Source of the DNA: Raja brachyura
Lineage: Eukaryota
DNA length: 64,000 bases
NCBI GenBank assembly: GCA_963514005.1
Contig: OY740811.1
Coordinates: 32,178,001-32,242,000 of the forward strand
Direction of reading: 5' to 3'
A program made the translations under genes and the position numbers. This document shows positions 37,601 through 50,642 of the stretch, one piece after another. Each line of letters starts with the position of its first letter. Positions within the stretch are counted from its first letter, which is position 1. The notes under the pieces were generated by a model, which saw nothing but the letters and a program-made list of their open reading frames with translations, made no database searches and had not been told where the DNA came from.

Positions 37601-40600
37601 TGCAGTCAAGATACTGATGATCGCACAATTACAGTTCTTCCCTCAACAACGCTAATGCTAGACCTAAAGCGCCATACTTTAAAAAAATAATGGATACACT
37701 ACTGGATAGTGATAGAAGCATAAATCCTTTTTTTCCCCCCTATTCTGACCCATTTCTTTCTCCCCTCCCCACCCCAACTGCTGCCCTCACAGAAACTGGA
37801 GGTGGAGTGGTTTGGAAGCATGGTAGTGGTAGAAATATGCAGTATTAAAACTGGCAATTTATTAAGCACAACTGCAACAAAATAGGCATTAAAATGTGTA
37901 TTTCAGACCCAGATAGCATTTAGCACTTTAGCTTCAGGGTAAAGTTACTGAGTTTCCAGTAAAAGATTAAAACAAAAATTGTCGGAATAACTAAATTGTA
38001 TAAAGCTTGCTGTGATGTGGCAAGATGTACTGAAGTGGAGAAATCAGCTGGTGCACTTTTTATATTTAAAATTAATGAAGGTTTTGGGAGGAGGGGAAAG
38101 ATTGATATGAATGTTTGCTTTGCAAAGATCCATTAAACAAATCTCCCATTTTTGCGAATAAATAAGCTAAATTTATATGATATAAAATATAAAATATATT
38201 ACATGTATTACATGAATCCTGCATCCAACCCTTTCTCTGCTTGGTTTGGTGCCAGTATTGTCAAGTTTTAGCTACTTTCTTAATTTTCTCTTAAAGATAA
38301 TATTATTACAGCACAGAGTTTAGCAGCAGCGTTATCGGTGTACTTCGACAGATTAATTGAGTCGGACTAGAGCTTGATTCGTATCTTCGAGGGCGTAGAG
38401 TTTTTATAACAGCTGTCAAACTAAATCTTTTTGCCAAAGATTCTGAGCTATGTCCTGATTTGTAAATAAACCAGATTGGAGCATTTGTGTAACGTTCCAC
38501 CGACTTTATTAATTGCTGTTCTGTTTGACAAGCCAAAATTTTGATAAGACAGATTTGTTAATAATAGTGCTATCAATCAGCCCAAATTACAATGCATGAT
38601 AAATGCAATGACACCACTGGCGACAAGATGTATGTCGCAGCCCATGTTGCAGGAAAATAGGACATCAAATTCAGCCCTTGGAGAGGACGTGTTAGTATGT
38701 TATTGAATAACTGAGGCACTTTTAATTATCCAGATCATAATCCTTACACAAGATATCTGACTTTTATATGTAATGTAAATCAGAAAATTGACTCTTTACG
38801 ATTTTGCATTTGATTTTGGTTGATAATGTTTGCATGATGTGGCAGGCACGAGCCAGAATTTTAACTTATTTTATTTTGTGTTCAACTTTTTAAGACATTT
38901 CAACCCATTAAATAAGGCCCAAGTTTACAATGTATGTGCTTAAAGTTAGTTGTTCATTCAGAGTACATAGTTTTTGAAAAACATTGCTAATGCTTATGTC
39001 TGTGATTTTGAAGGCATTTTAGAAAATAATGTTGTCCACATTCATCTTGCCTGCACGTGTGAATTAAGGTTCTGGATTGTGGTAGGTCGATTGGGGGTCT
39101 TGGCTGACACTGCTGATTTATATTTGGATGGGTAGGGTTGCAACATAGAACAGTACAACACAGGATCAGGCCTTCAGCCTACGATGTCTGTGCAAGATAC
39201 TTTTTAACAACTATTTCTCTCATGGCTGAAGCCAAGGTCAGGGAAATTTCCAGGACAGATTAAAGTCCACTTGGAGTAAAAAAATGTCTCAGCGATACAC
39301 CTGTGCTATTTTGAGGGAATCTGTCTGGAACTAAAATTAATTAATGATTTATTTCCTGGCAGATTTTAAACTATTGGTTCCTCCTTACTGTTACTGTTAT
39401 TGCATTTTACAAATTTAAATCTCAACTCTAAAATGTTCTCTTCTCTTGTGTACGACTTGAAACAATATGTAGCGTATTCCCATTTCACCAGGCAGCTTCA
39501 TCTCTGCACTGCCTTCTACACTCTTGCTCAACTCGTCTCTTCTCTTGCCCCGCTGGTTACCATTAGTAATTCACCAGTTTTGTAGTTTCTGGAAAAAGTC
39601 GCTTTCATGAAAGAAATTGCAACTCTCTTAAGTAAAATCGTGCAACAGTGGAGTTAATATAGTCTTCATAACTCCACTAAAGTACACATTTAACATGGAA
39701 AATATATACAACTGCGCCGTGCACCTCAGTTCCTTGAATTCTGCAAAATGGAACTTTTTTTAAAAATGCCTTTTTATGCTCTCTGGGCAAGTTGTTATCT
39801 CAACTAATCCTGTTTGGATTTTAGATGAAATTAGCGAATCAGCCTGCAACAGCCCGTCAGAGAGGAATTGATGTGTTCAATGGCTTTTGTATGTTCTTCC
39901 CCAGTCTCCATTTACCTCCACATCTCACTCAGGACCAGCAGAGTAAAGCCACCGGGTACCTTGACCCACTGGATATGCTTTGCCCGACTTATGGGAGGCA
40001 AGAGAAAATACCCAAGAGACCTTGGGTAGTGCCTGATTTCTAACTGAAAGAGTCACATCATTGGCTGGATCCCATTGTTTACAAATGTTGGCATACTTTA
40101 AAACCCCAGTTAGTTTATCTTTTTTAAAGGAAATTACATTAAAATGACCAATGTTGTGAATGTTTTTTTAAATATATATATATTTTTTGAAATTTAGCTT
40201 TTATGAGAAAGATGCCAGTTTAACCTGAATACTGCTGGATTGTTTAGTACATCCACTATTTTTAAAAAATAATTTGAAAGTTGTAGAAGTATTCAAGATC
40301 TAGTAGTTTAAAAGTCTGTGCAAGAAAGAATTGATCAGTCCCTCGATCAGTGTGCTTGAGTTGCGAAGTTAAGGGCTAAGTAACCCCTCTCCACATACAG
40401 TATAGATCTCCTTGGAAAATAATCAATTTATTTTGATGTCTGCACTGTTAAGAATTTTATTTCATGCATGTAGTGTTGCATTCTTGATGTTTTTAAAGAG
40501 AAACAAAAAGGAAATAATTTCAGACAAAAATATATTTACGGAATCTTCTAAGTAGCAGGAGGCAGCAGCTCGTCAGAGAAATGTTAATGCTGCACTATTC

Positions 40601-42565
40601 GACAGGCCTGCCATAAAGGGCAGCCTACGATGTAATACAGTGTGTAGGATTATAAATATTACTGACTACCTTTAAAAGGTGCATTCTATTTTTAATAAAA
40701 CATTAATCACTGAAATTGAAACAAAAATATACTATGTAAGTTAGCTTATACCCTTTTAAAGAAGTTTAATTGACTGTTGACGAAGATTGCCTTCCCTTGA
40801 TAAAAGAATGGGTGGGAAATGCTCCACTTTGGTTCAGAGGACAGCAAAGGTGTCAATGGCAGGAATGTGGGCGTGATATTCTAGAACCAAGATTCTGGGT
40901 CCTGAAGGTCAGACTCGCTTGTCGTGGAGGCCTGAGTGCAGCCATTCCTCGGGCAACGGGTAGTGAGGTCAGAAGGGAGTGAAATCTAAATCATTTTGGG
41001 TTTGATGTTGGGACGCAACAGAGCAATTGACGTGGCCAACGGGATCTTCAGGAAAACAAAAGGGATAATAAAATAATAAACTTAAATGCAGTAACTTTTC
41101 TGAGACTGAGTGTTGCTCTACATCTGTGACTCGGGAGAGCCAATCTGTGTGAAAGCCATTAAAAAGCAAAAGTCTTGAACGTAGGAATAGAGAGAGACTC
41201 CAAGTGTTCATGTTCACAGAAGAATGAAGTAAATTTTAGAAGAAAGTGTTTGTTGCAATTTGCATTAACAGCTGGCAGAATCACTACATTAGTGGATTTC
41301 TGCAGTCGAGGGGCACAGCTTTGACTTGTAGTGAGTGGGTGGGAGCACTATTGTGCAAGGAAGGTAATAGTTGCTGGTAAAGGAATGTTTCCTGTGTGAA
41401 TTCAAAAATAGATTATTCATTTACAGTACTATGGATAAAAGCAGGGATCCTACTTTTCAGATAGGGCAAACCTTATTCTTCTCCTCCCCTACTTTGCACT
41501 TGAGTTGAAACGTTCAGAAGGTGTTGGTAAGGTTGGATTTCTCTGTTCCAAAAATCCTGATGAATGCATTTTTTTTTAATGACCTGTTGTATATTTAAAT
41601 AGGTAAAACAAATTGTCCTCTGGCACCTCTACAGTTGAGACGCATCATTCAGAGTTTGGAATGAACTTTGTTCACAGTGTGTGGAACCCAGCAGTGATTG
41701 CTGTTGTAACGACAGAGGCGTGTAATCCCTCTGAGGATTTTCTTTTTCATTTTTGACTGTTGTAAATGTATTTTTAAACTTTGTAGCTGTCTCGTGCAAC
41801 ATGGACAGATTTCTTGCAGTAACCAAATGATTTTTTTCCCCTCAAAAATCAATTACAATTTGAATTTCCTAATAATTGCACATTAAAGACTTGGACAGAA
41901 ACCGTTTTCTTCATGAGGTTTTCTTGGAACAGGAGTCTGAACCTCTTTGGAGTTGGCTTATCTCCCCTTGAATGCACTGCCATTGTCTTACGTGAAAGCT
42001 CCCTCTGTGTTTGCAGTAAAGAGGACATGTTGGCAGTTTTGGAATATGGCTACAATACAAGCAGGAGGAATGTCGACCTCCAGCGTAACAAAAGCAATGT
42101 TGGCTTTTGTGGCACATTAAACAAAATGGAAAAAAAATGTGTTGTGGTGTTCATGTGCTTAATTGTAAATATATTTGTCTTTGAAATTGTCCTTTTATTT
42201 TTTTGGGGTGGGAAGGGGGACAAGATAGAGACCAGGGTTTTATTCTATGAAAGGAATACAGAGTATTTTGATATTGTGCATTCCAAGGGTGATGTGTACA
42301 TATCTATGATGTATATAATGATGGCATCACTATCAATTTGTGCAGCACCAGCTCCTCTCTGTACTGCTGTTCCACAGTCAGTGTTTCAGTGTTTGTATTT
42401 TTTGTTACTGCACGTTTTATTAATCCTAGCTGAAAGAAAAATGCACAACTATCCTTTGTATCAGTTTACTGCTGTAAAATACTACCAAATGTCATTAGTT
42501 GTTGCTGCCAGTCGTGATATGCATGGATGGCACTTATAATAAACGCTGTAGCTTCAGTTGTGTGT
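34623..42565 (+). other. FOXJ3: Probable long FOXJ3 3' UTR
   Basis: TE-poor AU-rich tract after the stop, ending in AATAAA at 42538-42543 with GT-rich sequence downstream; TEs resume at ~42750. Extent inferred. Confidence 0.6.
42538..42543 (+). terminator. Candidate FOXJ3 polyadenylation signal AATAAA
   Basis: Canonical hexamer followed by GT/T-rich elements; proximal AATAAA also at 36484, 37441, 38157 and 40694. Confidence 0.6.
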
Positions 42566-42754
42566 TAAGGGCTTCTCTTTTAATGAGACGTTGTAATCAA
42601 ACTTGCAATAGCAGAGACTGTGTGTGTGTGCGCGCAGAGCTAACTGTGTGTGTGTATTTAATACTTTGTGTGTAGCCTTGCTTGTTTTTTTTAAACAAGA
42701 ATTCCAGTTTGACAACTGTACAGACCAACTTGGAGTTAAGGAAATGACTGGGGG

Positions 42755-42955
42755 GATTAACTCAGCAAGTCAGGCAGCATTTCTGGAGAACATGGTTAAG
42801 TGACGTTTTGGGTTGGGATCCATCAGAAGGAGGGTGAGAGGAAGAGGCACAGCCCAAAACGTCGCCTATCCATTTTCTCCAGAGATGCCTGACCTGCTGA
42901 GTAACTCCAGCAATTTGTGTATTTTGAAAACCAACATCTGCAGTTCCTTGGGTCT
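42755..42955. mobile_element. Degenerate Penelope-derived fold-back element
   Basis: Inverted arms homologous to the other copies. Confidence 0.7.
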
Positions 42956-44044
42956 AGTTTGTATTTAAATGTGGCTTTCACCATAAAAGAATATCTAGGG
43001 ACCCTACTAATAAAAAGGTCAATGTTGTACAGAAAACTTAATGCAAGGGAAATAGTTGATCTAATTTCTGGAAGGTTTTGAAGAAGGGTAGAGGGATGAA
43101 GTGTTATTAAGAGGGTAGGAAAGCTACAAGGCTGTGAACCACTGGTCTATTAATGGTAGGAGAATGCAGAGGACGAAGTTGAACAAAGTACACACAAGAG
43201 TACGTAGCTGGTGGTTTCCAATAGCAAGGGCAAGTATAAGAAAGTACATGAAAAATAACGATGATGGCATCAAAGAAAAGACATAGCCAGCCAAAGGAAG
43301 CATTGGTGAGTCGGACCATAGTGAGTATGTACCTTTTCATTACTCTAGTTTCCTTCTCTCCTGACTCCTTTTCTTCAGAGATGCTGCCTGACCTGCTGAG
43401 TTACTGCAGCATTTTGTGTCTATCCCAGGAAGCATTAGTGAGATGGATGAAGTTGGGGTCTGCAGGGATTCCTTGTATGCAAAAATAACTTATATTTTGC
43501 TATGGTTTTAAGTAGGACAGAGTACCGTGTTGTCTGTAATAAACTAGACCAAATGAATGTTTGTGGGGCTTCAGAACTATCCAGCTAGAATAAGTTGCCA
43601 TTAGGGCCGTGTGTGTATAACATACTGCAGCAAAGGATGTGTGTGCATGTGTGCAGGAGTAACTAACACCAAGGTTTTACACTGGCGTTTGTGCACATTG
43701 GCTACACAAACTCCAGACAACCCACTAATGCATGTTCCTGTTATGTGCATTTGCATGTGGGTTCTCATGAGTGAAGTTAAATTGAACAGAGTGGCTGATG
43801 ATCAAAGGAAACAAAAGTGCTAGCTCGGGCTTCGGACAAAATGAAGTCATAAAGACAATAATAAAGACAAAGTCAAGGATTGAAACGGGGATATGGATCG
43901 TAATAAGTGCTTATTTCGGTTTCTGGACATTTTACATGAAAAACTCCAAGGGACAATATTGAATTGTGGTCCCTTGCATTTCACAGCTGTCTAGCTTCTC
44001 ACCCAAATATCTGACCCACTCAAGACTTCAAAGCACTGAACATC

Positions 44045-44472
44045 GGAGACAGGTACATGGATAGGACAGGTTTAGAGGGATATGGACCAAACGCAGGCAG
44101 GTGGGACTAGTGTAGCTGGGGCATGTTGGTCGGTGTGGGCAAAAAGGGCCGAAGGGCCTGTTTCCACACTTTCACTATGAGAAACGCAGAGTGGTGGAGC
44201 TTGATGTGGAATGCCCATCCATGTGCCTCATCTTAAAAACTGGCACTCCGTCATGGGTGGTGAATCTGGAATTCTTTGCCACAGAAGGCTGTGGAGGCCA
44301 AGTCTGGATGTATTTAAGGCAGAGATGGATAGATTCTTGATTAGTACAGGTGTCAGAGGTTTTGGGGAGAAGGCAGGAGAATGGGGTTAGGAGGGAGAGG
44401 TAGGTCAGCCACGATTGAATGGCAGAGTAGACTTGATGGGCCTAATTCTATCCTATCACTTATGATCTTATG
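44045..44472 (+). mobile_element. Two CR1 3' end fragments
   Basis: 3' UTRs matching other CR1 copies (gggccgaagggcctgtttcc; gtagacttgatgggcc). Confidence 0.7.
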
Positions 44473-46129
44473 AAGCTCTTGCTATCAGAAGTACAGGAGA
44501 TACAAGATGTATAAGCACTGATCAACATCCCAAGGAACAAGCATGTGGCTTGCCAGGTCTTTGTAATTTGGTATTATACAGGTAAAGTTATATTGGGAGA
44601 TGTTCTCAGCAATTACATTTAATGCATACCCTCCTGTGTGTTAAAACCTGTTGATGGAAAAGTGTGGCAATGTATATCCGTGCTCTTCATCCAAAAATAT
44701 GACTTAAATTATGTAAGATGATAAACATGTGGCACTTATCTATCTAGCAAAATGATGATGATAATGATAAAGTTTAAAGGTAAGATGGATAACATTTTGA
44801 GGCTGATGGGTTGAAGCTGTTCTTTCTCTGCATTATTTTTTTAGGAACTGCAGGTTCCTGTTTCATGTAATACCTGATGTCAGTTTAACTAAAAAAACGG
44901 AGCAGGATATGCAAGAATGTGTTCTATATAAGATTGCAGTCCACATCAAATTATTTTTGTTTAATCAGTTATTTCATGGGTGCTTTCACTGTAGTTCTAT
45001 TACCTCAAAAACCAAATCTTGTTATGGAAGGTGGAGCCATTGGATGTATAGTTCAATGGATTGAGGAGGAGTAGGAAGTCAGGTACACTAGTCACTCCAA
45101 TAGAGTGGCCTACTGAAGAAAGTACTGTTCATTAACTGTACTCATTAATGTAACAATAGTGACAGATTCCTTGTGATACGAGCCGGATATCATGGCTTTT
45201 CGCAAACACATCCATCTCTGTTAAAAGCTGATTGAAACTAAGTTGGTTCTCGCTTCATCTCCTTAACAGGAAGAAAGCATATAATATAGCAGTCAAAGCA
45301 GATATCATTTAGCATAAACTCAATGGTCTCGTGATGAAAGCAGCCTGTGCCTTTTCTAGTTTGGCATTCATACATGAGCTACCTTTCAGGCTACGTCCGA
45401 GAATTCACCCTTTATTTTAATCTTGTCATTCCAAACGCCCATTTGATCTTGGGCCAAGAGGAGAGCTGACAAACACCGATCTTCAATGAGTAATCTGATT
45501 CTCCATGCTTTAGGATGTGACTTTTGAAGAAAGCGCAGGTTTTAAGATGGGAACATATTAGCCTTTATTTCTGTGCAAATTTGATTTGGGATTGTGCAAC
45601 ATGGCATATATATTTCTGTTTATCTGCTTTATTTGTATATCTGTGGGCCAGGTAGTGGATGTGACAAAATCAGGTGGACAAACATGCAGACTGTTAAATA
45701 AACTAAACTACAACAGATGGGCAAATAACAGAATGGTGAGTGCCTGGAATGTTCTGCTGGGATTGGTGGAGGCGGATACGAAAGTAGTGTTTGAGGGTCT
45801 TAGATAGGCGCATGATTATAGAGGGATACTGATCGTGTGCAGGCAGAGGAGATTAGCTTAACTAAATTATCTTCCATGTACAGAACGGTCAGAATCGCCT
45901 AACCTGAGAACTGGTAACAGTCCAAGCCGCAGTGTTCATGGATTGAAGAAGGCAGAGCAAAATGACTGTGTCTGACCAATCTATTCGAACACTCTGATCT
46001 CCTTTTATCGTGTGGGCCAAACAACGTCCAAACTCAGCAAACCAACTTTGATGTTTACGCATGCAAGGGAGCATCCAGCCGACCACGTCAGTCCTCCCAC
46101 ATCTGGCCATGAATGATGGCCAGTCCAAT

Positions 46130-46654
46130 AGCTAATGGGAGGAGATGTCTCCAAGACTATTGGACTGATGAGGCTGAAGCATTTACAATTATGCTCAGCC
46201 AAAAGTGCAGCGTTGATCCATTTCTGGTTTCCTATGGAACTCCTACCATCCATCCCGCCATCTGAGGCAAAAGCACACTGGGTAACCACCAAGTGGTCAC
46301 AGGAGTGGAAGGCAACGTTACCTCCATTACAAAGCTACATCTCTTCACCAGATAAAAGCTGTCCAGGGTCTGAGCTCCCAAGAGGCGCATGGGGAAGCTC
46401 AACAGACTTGGTACTGGAGTTGAGCGTTTCAATGCCAGCGTATGGAGATGGGGGCTCCCTCCCTCCGCCAGAGCCCAGCCTGTGAATGCGGAGCAGAACA
46501 ACAGACAGCCAACCATGTCATCTCTGGGTGCCCGCTCTACCACCCACCAAATGAAGCTCTGTCAGGGCCTGGCAGACATTGACGCTGCTCAACGCCCGGC
46601 TTGAGATCTAACTATTCCTTTGGTTTATGTTTCATTCGCAAGAAGAAGAAGAAG
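46130..46654 (+). mobile_element. Ingi/Vingi-like non-LTR retrotransposon 3' fragment
   Basis: Frameshifted WGKLNRLGTGVERFNASVWRWGL..SPACECGAEQQTANHVISGCP (CCHC knuckle) and a (GAA)n tail. Confidence 0.7.
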
Positions 46655-47164
46655 ATGGAGGTCCCCGCCATCGCAGAAGCCTGCCCTCGTCAATTTGATT
46701 CATTCCAAATGGTAAAATTGATGAGACCATTGGATAAAGCAAAAGGTGTGGTACCAGGCAACATTCTAATTGTGGCAGAAACAAGGAACCGCACACTGCA
46801 GAACTGGCTGGGCACGGAGCCAAGCTGCTCCAGAACCATTATAACACTGACATATGCACAGCAAATATGGGAAATTGCCCAGGTAGGACCTATTCACAAA
46901 CAGCAGGACAAATCTAATCTGATAAATTACATTTTTATTCCTTGATCTGTACACTGGGCGGCCTGAATGTATAGTTGCTTCTGAGTGGATAGCACGCAAC
47001 GAATAGCTTTTCACTGAACCCCCGTGCTCGTGACAACAATAAACGACTCAATTAGTCTATCTTCAATTATCAGTAAAGCGATGGAAGCGATCAGCGATGG
47101 CACGCGCTCACCAATAACTCATTCACTAGTTTGGGTTTTGCCAGGAACATTTGACTTGAGCCCA

Positions 47165-47442
47165 AGTGAGAGAGTCTAGGACCAGAGGGCACAGGCTCAG
47201 AGTAAAGGACGTACCTTTAGAAAGGAGATGAGGAATTTCTTTATTCAGAATCTGGATTTCATTGCCACAGAATGCTGTGGAGGCCAAGTCAGTGGACATT
47301 TTTAAGGTGGAGAATGACAGGTTAGTATGGGTGTTAAAGCTTGTGGGGAGAAGGCAGGAGAATGGGGTTCAGAGGGAGAGATAGATCAACCATGATTGAA
47401 TGGCGGAGTAGACTTGATGGGCCGAAGGGCCTAATTCTGCAC
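47165..47442 (+). mobile_element. CR1 3' fragment
   Basis: Homologous to 51130-51437. Confidence 0.75.
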
Positions 47443-48021
47443 AGCCTTGGACCAACCATGAGCTGGATTCCAGAGATCAGATGAGAGGGTCTCAATCAAG
47501 TCAATGGTCTTCCAACTGAAAACATTTGCGGTTGTATTTATACCCCGCACTAACTTAGCACAACAGTTACGATGCGAAATAACTTTATTTATCCCAGGAG
47601 GGTAACTGATCGGCCAACCGACATAAAAAACACAAAATAAATGAAACATGAAGTTTAAGTCAGAGGTCAATTGCGCCGGCCCCAGGATCCAAGTGCTGGA
47701 ATTCTTCACGGTCCAAGTCCAACCATCTGCAGCTGCTTCATCACTGACCCTCCTCCCTTCACAAGATCTCAAGCGGACAGTCATCAGCAAACATCTGTCT
47801 GTGCTCCAAGTCAGGAGAACTTTACCCCAAGTAAGACAGGACTTTCTCAACAATTCCTTGTTCGGTGGCAAACCCGTTTTTTGTGCATTAACGTTGGTCA
47901 AATGCAGTCACTGATTTTCAAGAAATCGCACCAACTTCTCAAATATCCTCAGCGTGCAACGTAAGTATCTGAAGTTTTCTTTCCCCCAGTATTTGCGAAG
48001 TTGCTCACTGTCGGTCACTGT

Positions 48022-48302
48022 TTAGTTTTATTTGTGTTTAGTTTAGTTTAGAGATACAGTGCGGAAACAGGCCCTTCGGCCCATCTCGTCCAGCGATCCC
48101 CGCACACGAGCGACAATGTAATGGTTTTAATACAAATCTGCACGTTTTTGGAGTGAGGGAGGAATCCGAAGAATTCCTCGGATTCCACGCAGGTCACAAG
48201 GAGAACTTGCAAACTCCGTACAGACAGCGCCCGTAGTCAGGATCGAACCCGGGTCTCTGGCGCTGTGAGGCAGCAACTCTACCGCTGCGCCACCGTGCCG
48301 CC
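48022..48302 (-). mobile_element. HE1/V-SINE-like SINE
   Basis: Minus-strand head ggcacggtggcgcagcggtagag...ggttcgatcc; tttag tail on +. Confidence 0.85.
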
Positions 48303-48609
48303 TATCACAGTTTTATTTGCTGTACAATTACTGTTCATTTCCGAACTGCAGTTGTAGAAATCAAAATCAGAAAACTTTGTTGTCTGTGGTAACAGAAAAT
48401 CTTCTTTGACGTGGCTCAACACAACAAGACAATATACAACAGTCTTGTATATTTTGCTACATTTAGTTTTCATTCCATTGAAAATGTTCCCATGATTTTC
48501 ACATGGAAATGTAACGCCTAATTTTCTAAGCAAATTGCCTTTAAAAAATCCGGGGAATCTCGGGGATAAAAACCGGAATGAAGATGTGGCTGTGAGGTAT
48601 TTTAATTGC

Positions 48610-48985
48610 AGGAAGGAACTGCAGATGCTGGTTTATACTGAAGATAGGCACAAAATGCTGGAGTAACTCAGCGGGACAGGCAGCGTCTGTGGAGAGAAGG
48701 AACGGGTGACGTTTCTGGTCGAGACCCTTCTTCAGACCGGTTAGGGGATCAGGGAAACGAGAGATATAGACGGTGATGTGGAGAGATAAAGAACAATGAA
48801 TGAGAGATATGCAAAAAAGTAACGATGATAAAGGAAACAGGCCTTTGTAAGCTGTTTGTTGGGTGAAAACGAGAAGCTGGTGCGACTTGGGTGGGGGAGA
48901 GATAGAGAGAGAGAGGGAATGTCGGGGCTACCTGAAGTGAGAGAAGTCAATATTCATACCACTGGGCTGTGAGCTGCCCAAGCGA
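48610..48985 (-). mobile_element. Penelope-like 3' fragment
   Basis: Reverse complement of ~50025-50421; hammerhead core at 48708-48735. Confidence 0.85.
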
Positions 48986-49477
48986 AATATGAGATGCTGT
49001 TCCTCATATTGTGAGTGTCTATTCTTTGCCACCTTGTGGTGCGGGTCATATTGCAAGCAAGGAATTACCTGCCCTGGTACATCTGAACCAAAGATCATAG
49101 AGCTTTATGATCTTTGTTCTGAACTGGGCTGGCACAATTACAATGAGCATCTGCAGGCAATTCTAATGAGTGTCGATCTTCACAGCTCGATGAAGGCAGT
49201 GCAGATCACAAGATGTAGTTGGGCCATTATTTCCACCCTATTATGTTGTATTAAATAACTTGGGACAAGGGAATGTTAAAGGAATGCAGGGGTCTTCTGC
49301 CTTGATGGGAGATAAATAAGGCAACATGGAGAGATGTAAAGGATGCATATATATCTTGTGGACGGGGGTGATAAGGTGGTAATGTTGGACAAGGTAAATA
49401 ACAAGTATTCAGAATGGGGGCAGGCTAACTGTGGCAAAGAGAAGAGGCAACACAGCAGTCAGGAGATTGACAGTAGA

Positions 49478-50642
49478 CCTATGAGACCATAAGTGATAGG
49501 AGCAGAATTAGGCCATTCAGCCCATCAAGTCTACTTCACCATTCAATCATGGCTGATCAATGTCTTCCTCCTAACCCCATTCTCCTGCCTTCTCCCCATA
49601 ACCTGACGCCCGTACTAATCAAGAATCTGTCTATTTCCCTGGTCAACTCATCCCTTCCCACCGAAACCACCCCACCAACCGCAGAAGATGCAAACCCTGT
49701 CACTATACCTCCTCCCTCGATTCTGTTCAGGGACCCCGACAGTCCTTTCAGGTTAGGCAGAAGTTCACTTGCACCTCCTCCAACCTCATCTACTGTATCC
49801 GTTGTTCAAGATGTGGACTGGGAGATCATTTCGCGGAACACCTTCGCTCAGTCCGCGTGAACCAACCTGATCTCCCGGTTGCTGGACACTTTAATTCTCC
49901 TTCCCATTCCTACACATCCTTTCTGTCCTCTGTCTCCTCCATTGTCATAGTGAAGTTAAACAAAAATTGGAGTAAATTAGATTGTCCTATCCGGGACACG
50001 TGACAATAAACTCTCTTGTATCTTGGAACAGCATCTCATATTTCACTTGGGCAGCTTACAGCCCAGTGGTATGAATATTGATTTATCTGGCTTCAGGTAG
50101 CCCTGGCATTCCCTCTCTCTCTCTCTCTATCCCTCCCCCACCCAAGTCGCACCAGCTTCTCATTTTCACCCGACAAACATCTTGCAATGACCTATTTCCC
50201 TTATCATCATTACTTTTTTGCATTTCTTTAATTCATTGTTCTTTATCTTTCTACATCACCGTCTAGATCTCTCGTTTCCCTTATCCCTAACCAATCTGAA
50301 GAAAGGTCTCGACCCGAAACGTCACCCATTCCTTCTCTCCAGAGATGCTGCCTGTCCCGCTGAGTTACTCCAGCTTTTTGTGTCTTCGGTTTAAACCAGC
50401 ATCTGCAGTTCCTTCTTACACAAGAATCTATCTATCTCTGCCTGAAATATATCCATTGACTTGGCCTCCACGGCCTTCTGTGGCAAAGAATTCCATAGAT
50501 TCACTGCCCTCTGACTAAAGAAATTCCTCCTTATCTCCTTCCTAAAAGAATCTCCTTTAATTCTGAGGCTATCTCTAGTCCTAGACTCTCCCACTAGTGG
50601 AAACATACTCTCAACATACACTCTATCCAAGCCTTTCACAGA
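49478..50642 (-). mobile_element. CR1 3' fragment split by a Penelope insertion
   Basis: 49478-49637 continues at 50422-50642; ORF 50391-50639 GLDRVYVESMFPLVGESRTR. Confidence 0.8.
49638..50421 (+). mobile_element. Penelope-like element (decayed GIY-YIG plus 3' terminus) inserted in a CR1
   Basis: Homologous to 11680-12317; hammerhead core at 50296-50323; flanked by aagaatct(g/a)tctat. Confidence 0.85.

Noticed and set aside
41913-42539. 208-aa ORF, the longest in the track
   Set aside because: No recognisable domain; composition reflects T-rich UTR; overlaps Pumilio elements and its stop overlaps the AATAAA.
47431-47964. Overlapping ORFs on both strands
   Set aside because: No recognisable domain or consistent splice structure; likely decayed repeat or chance.
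48235-48302. tRNA gene (A and B boxes)
   Set aside because: tRNA-derived head continuous with a SINE body and tail, repeated across the window.
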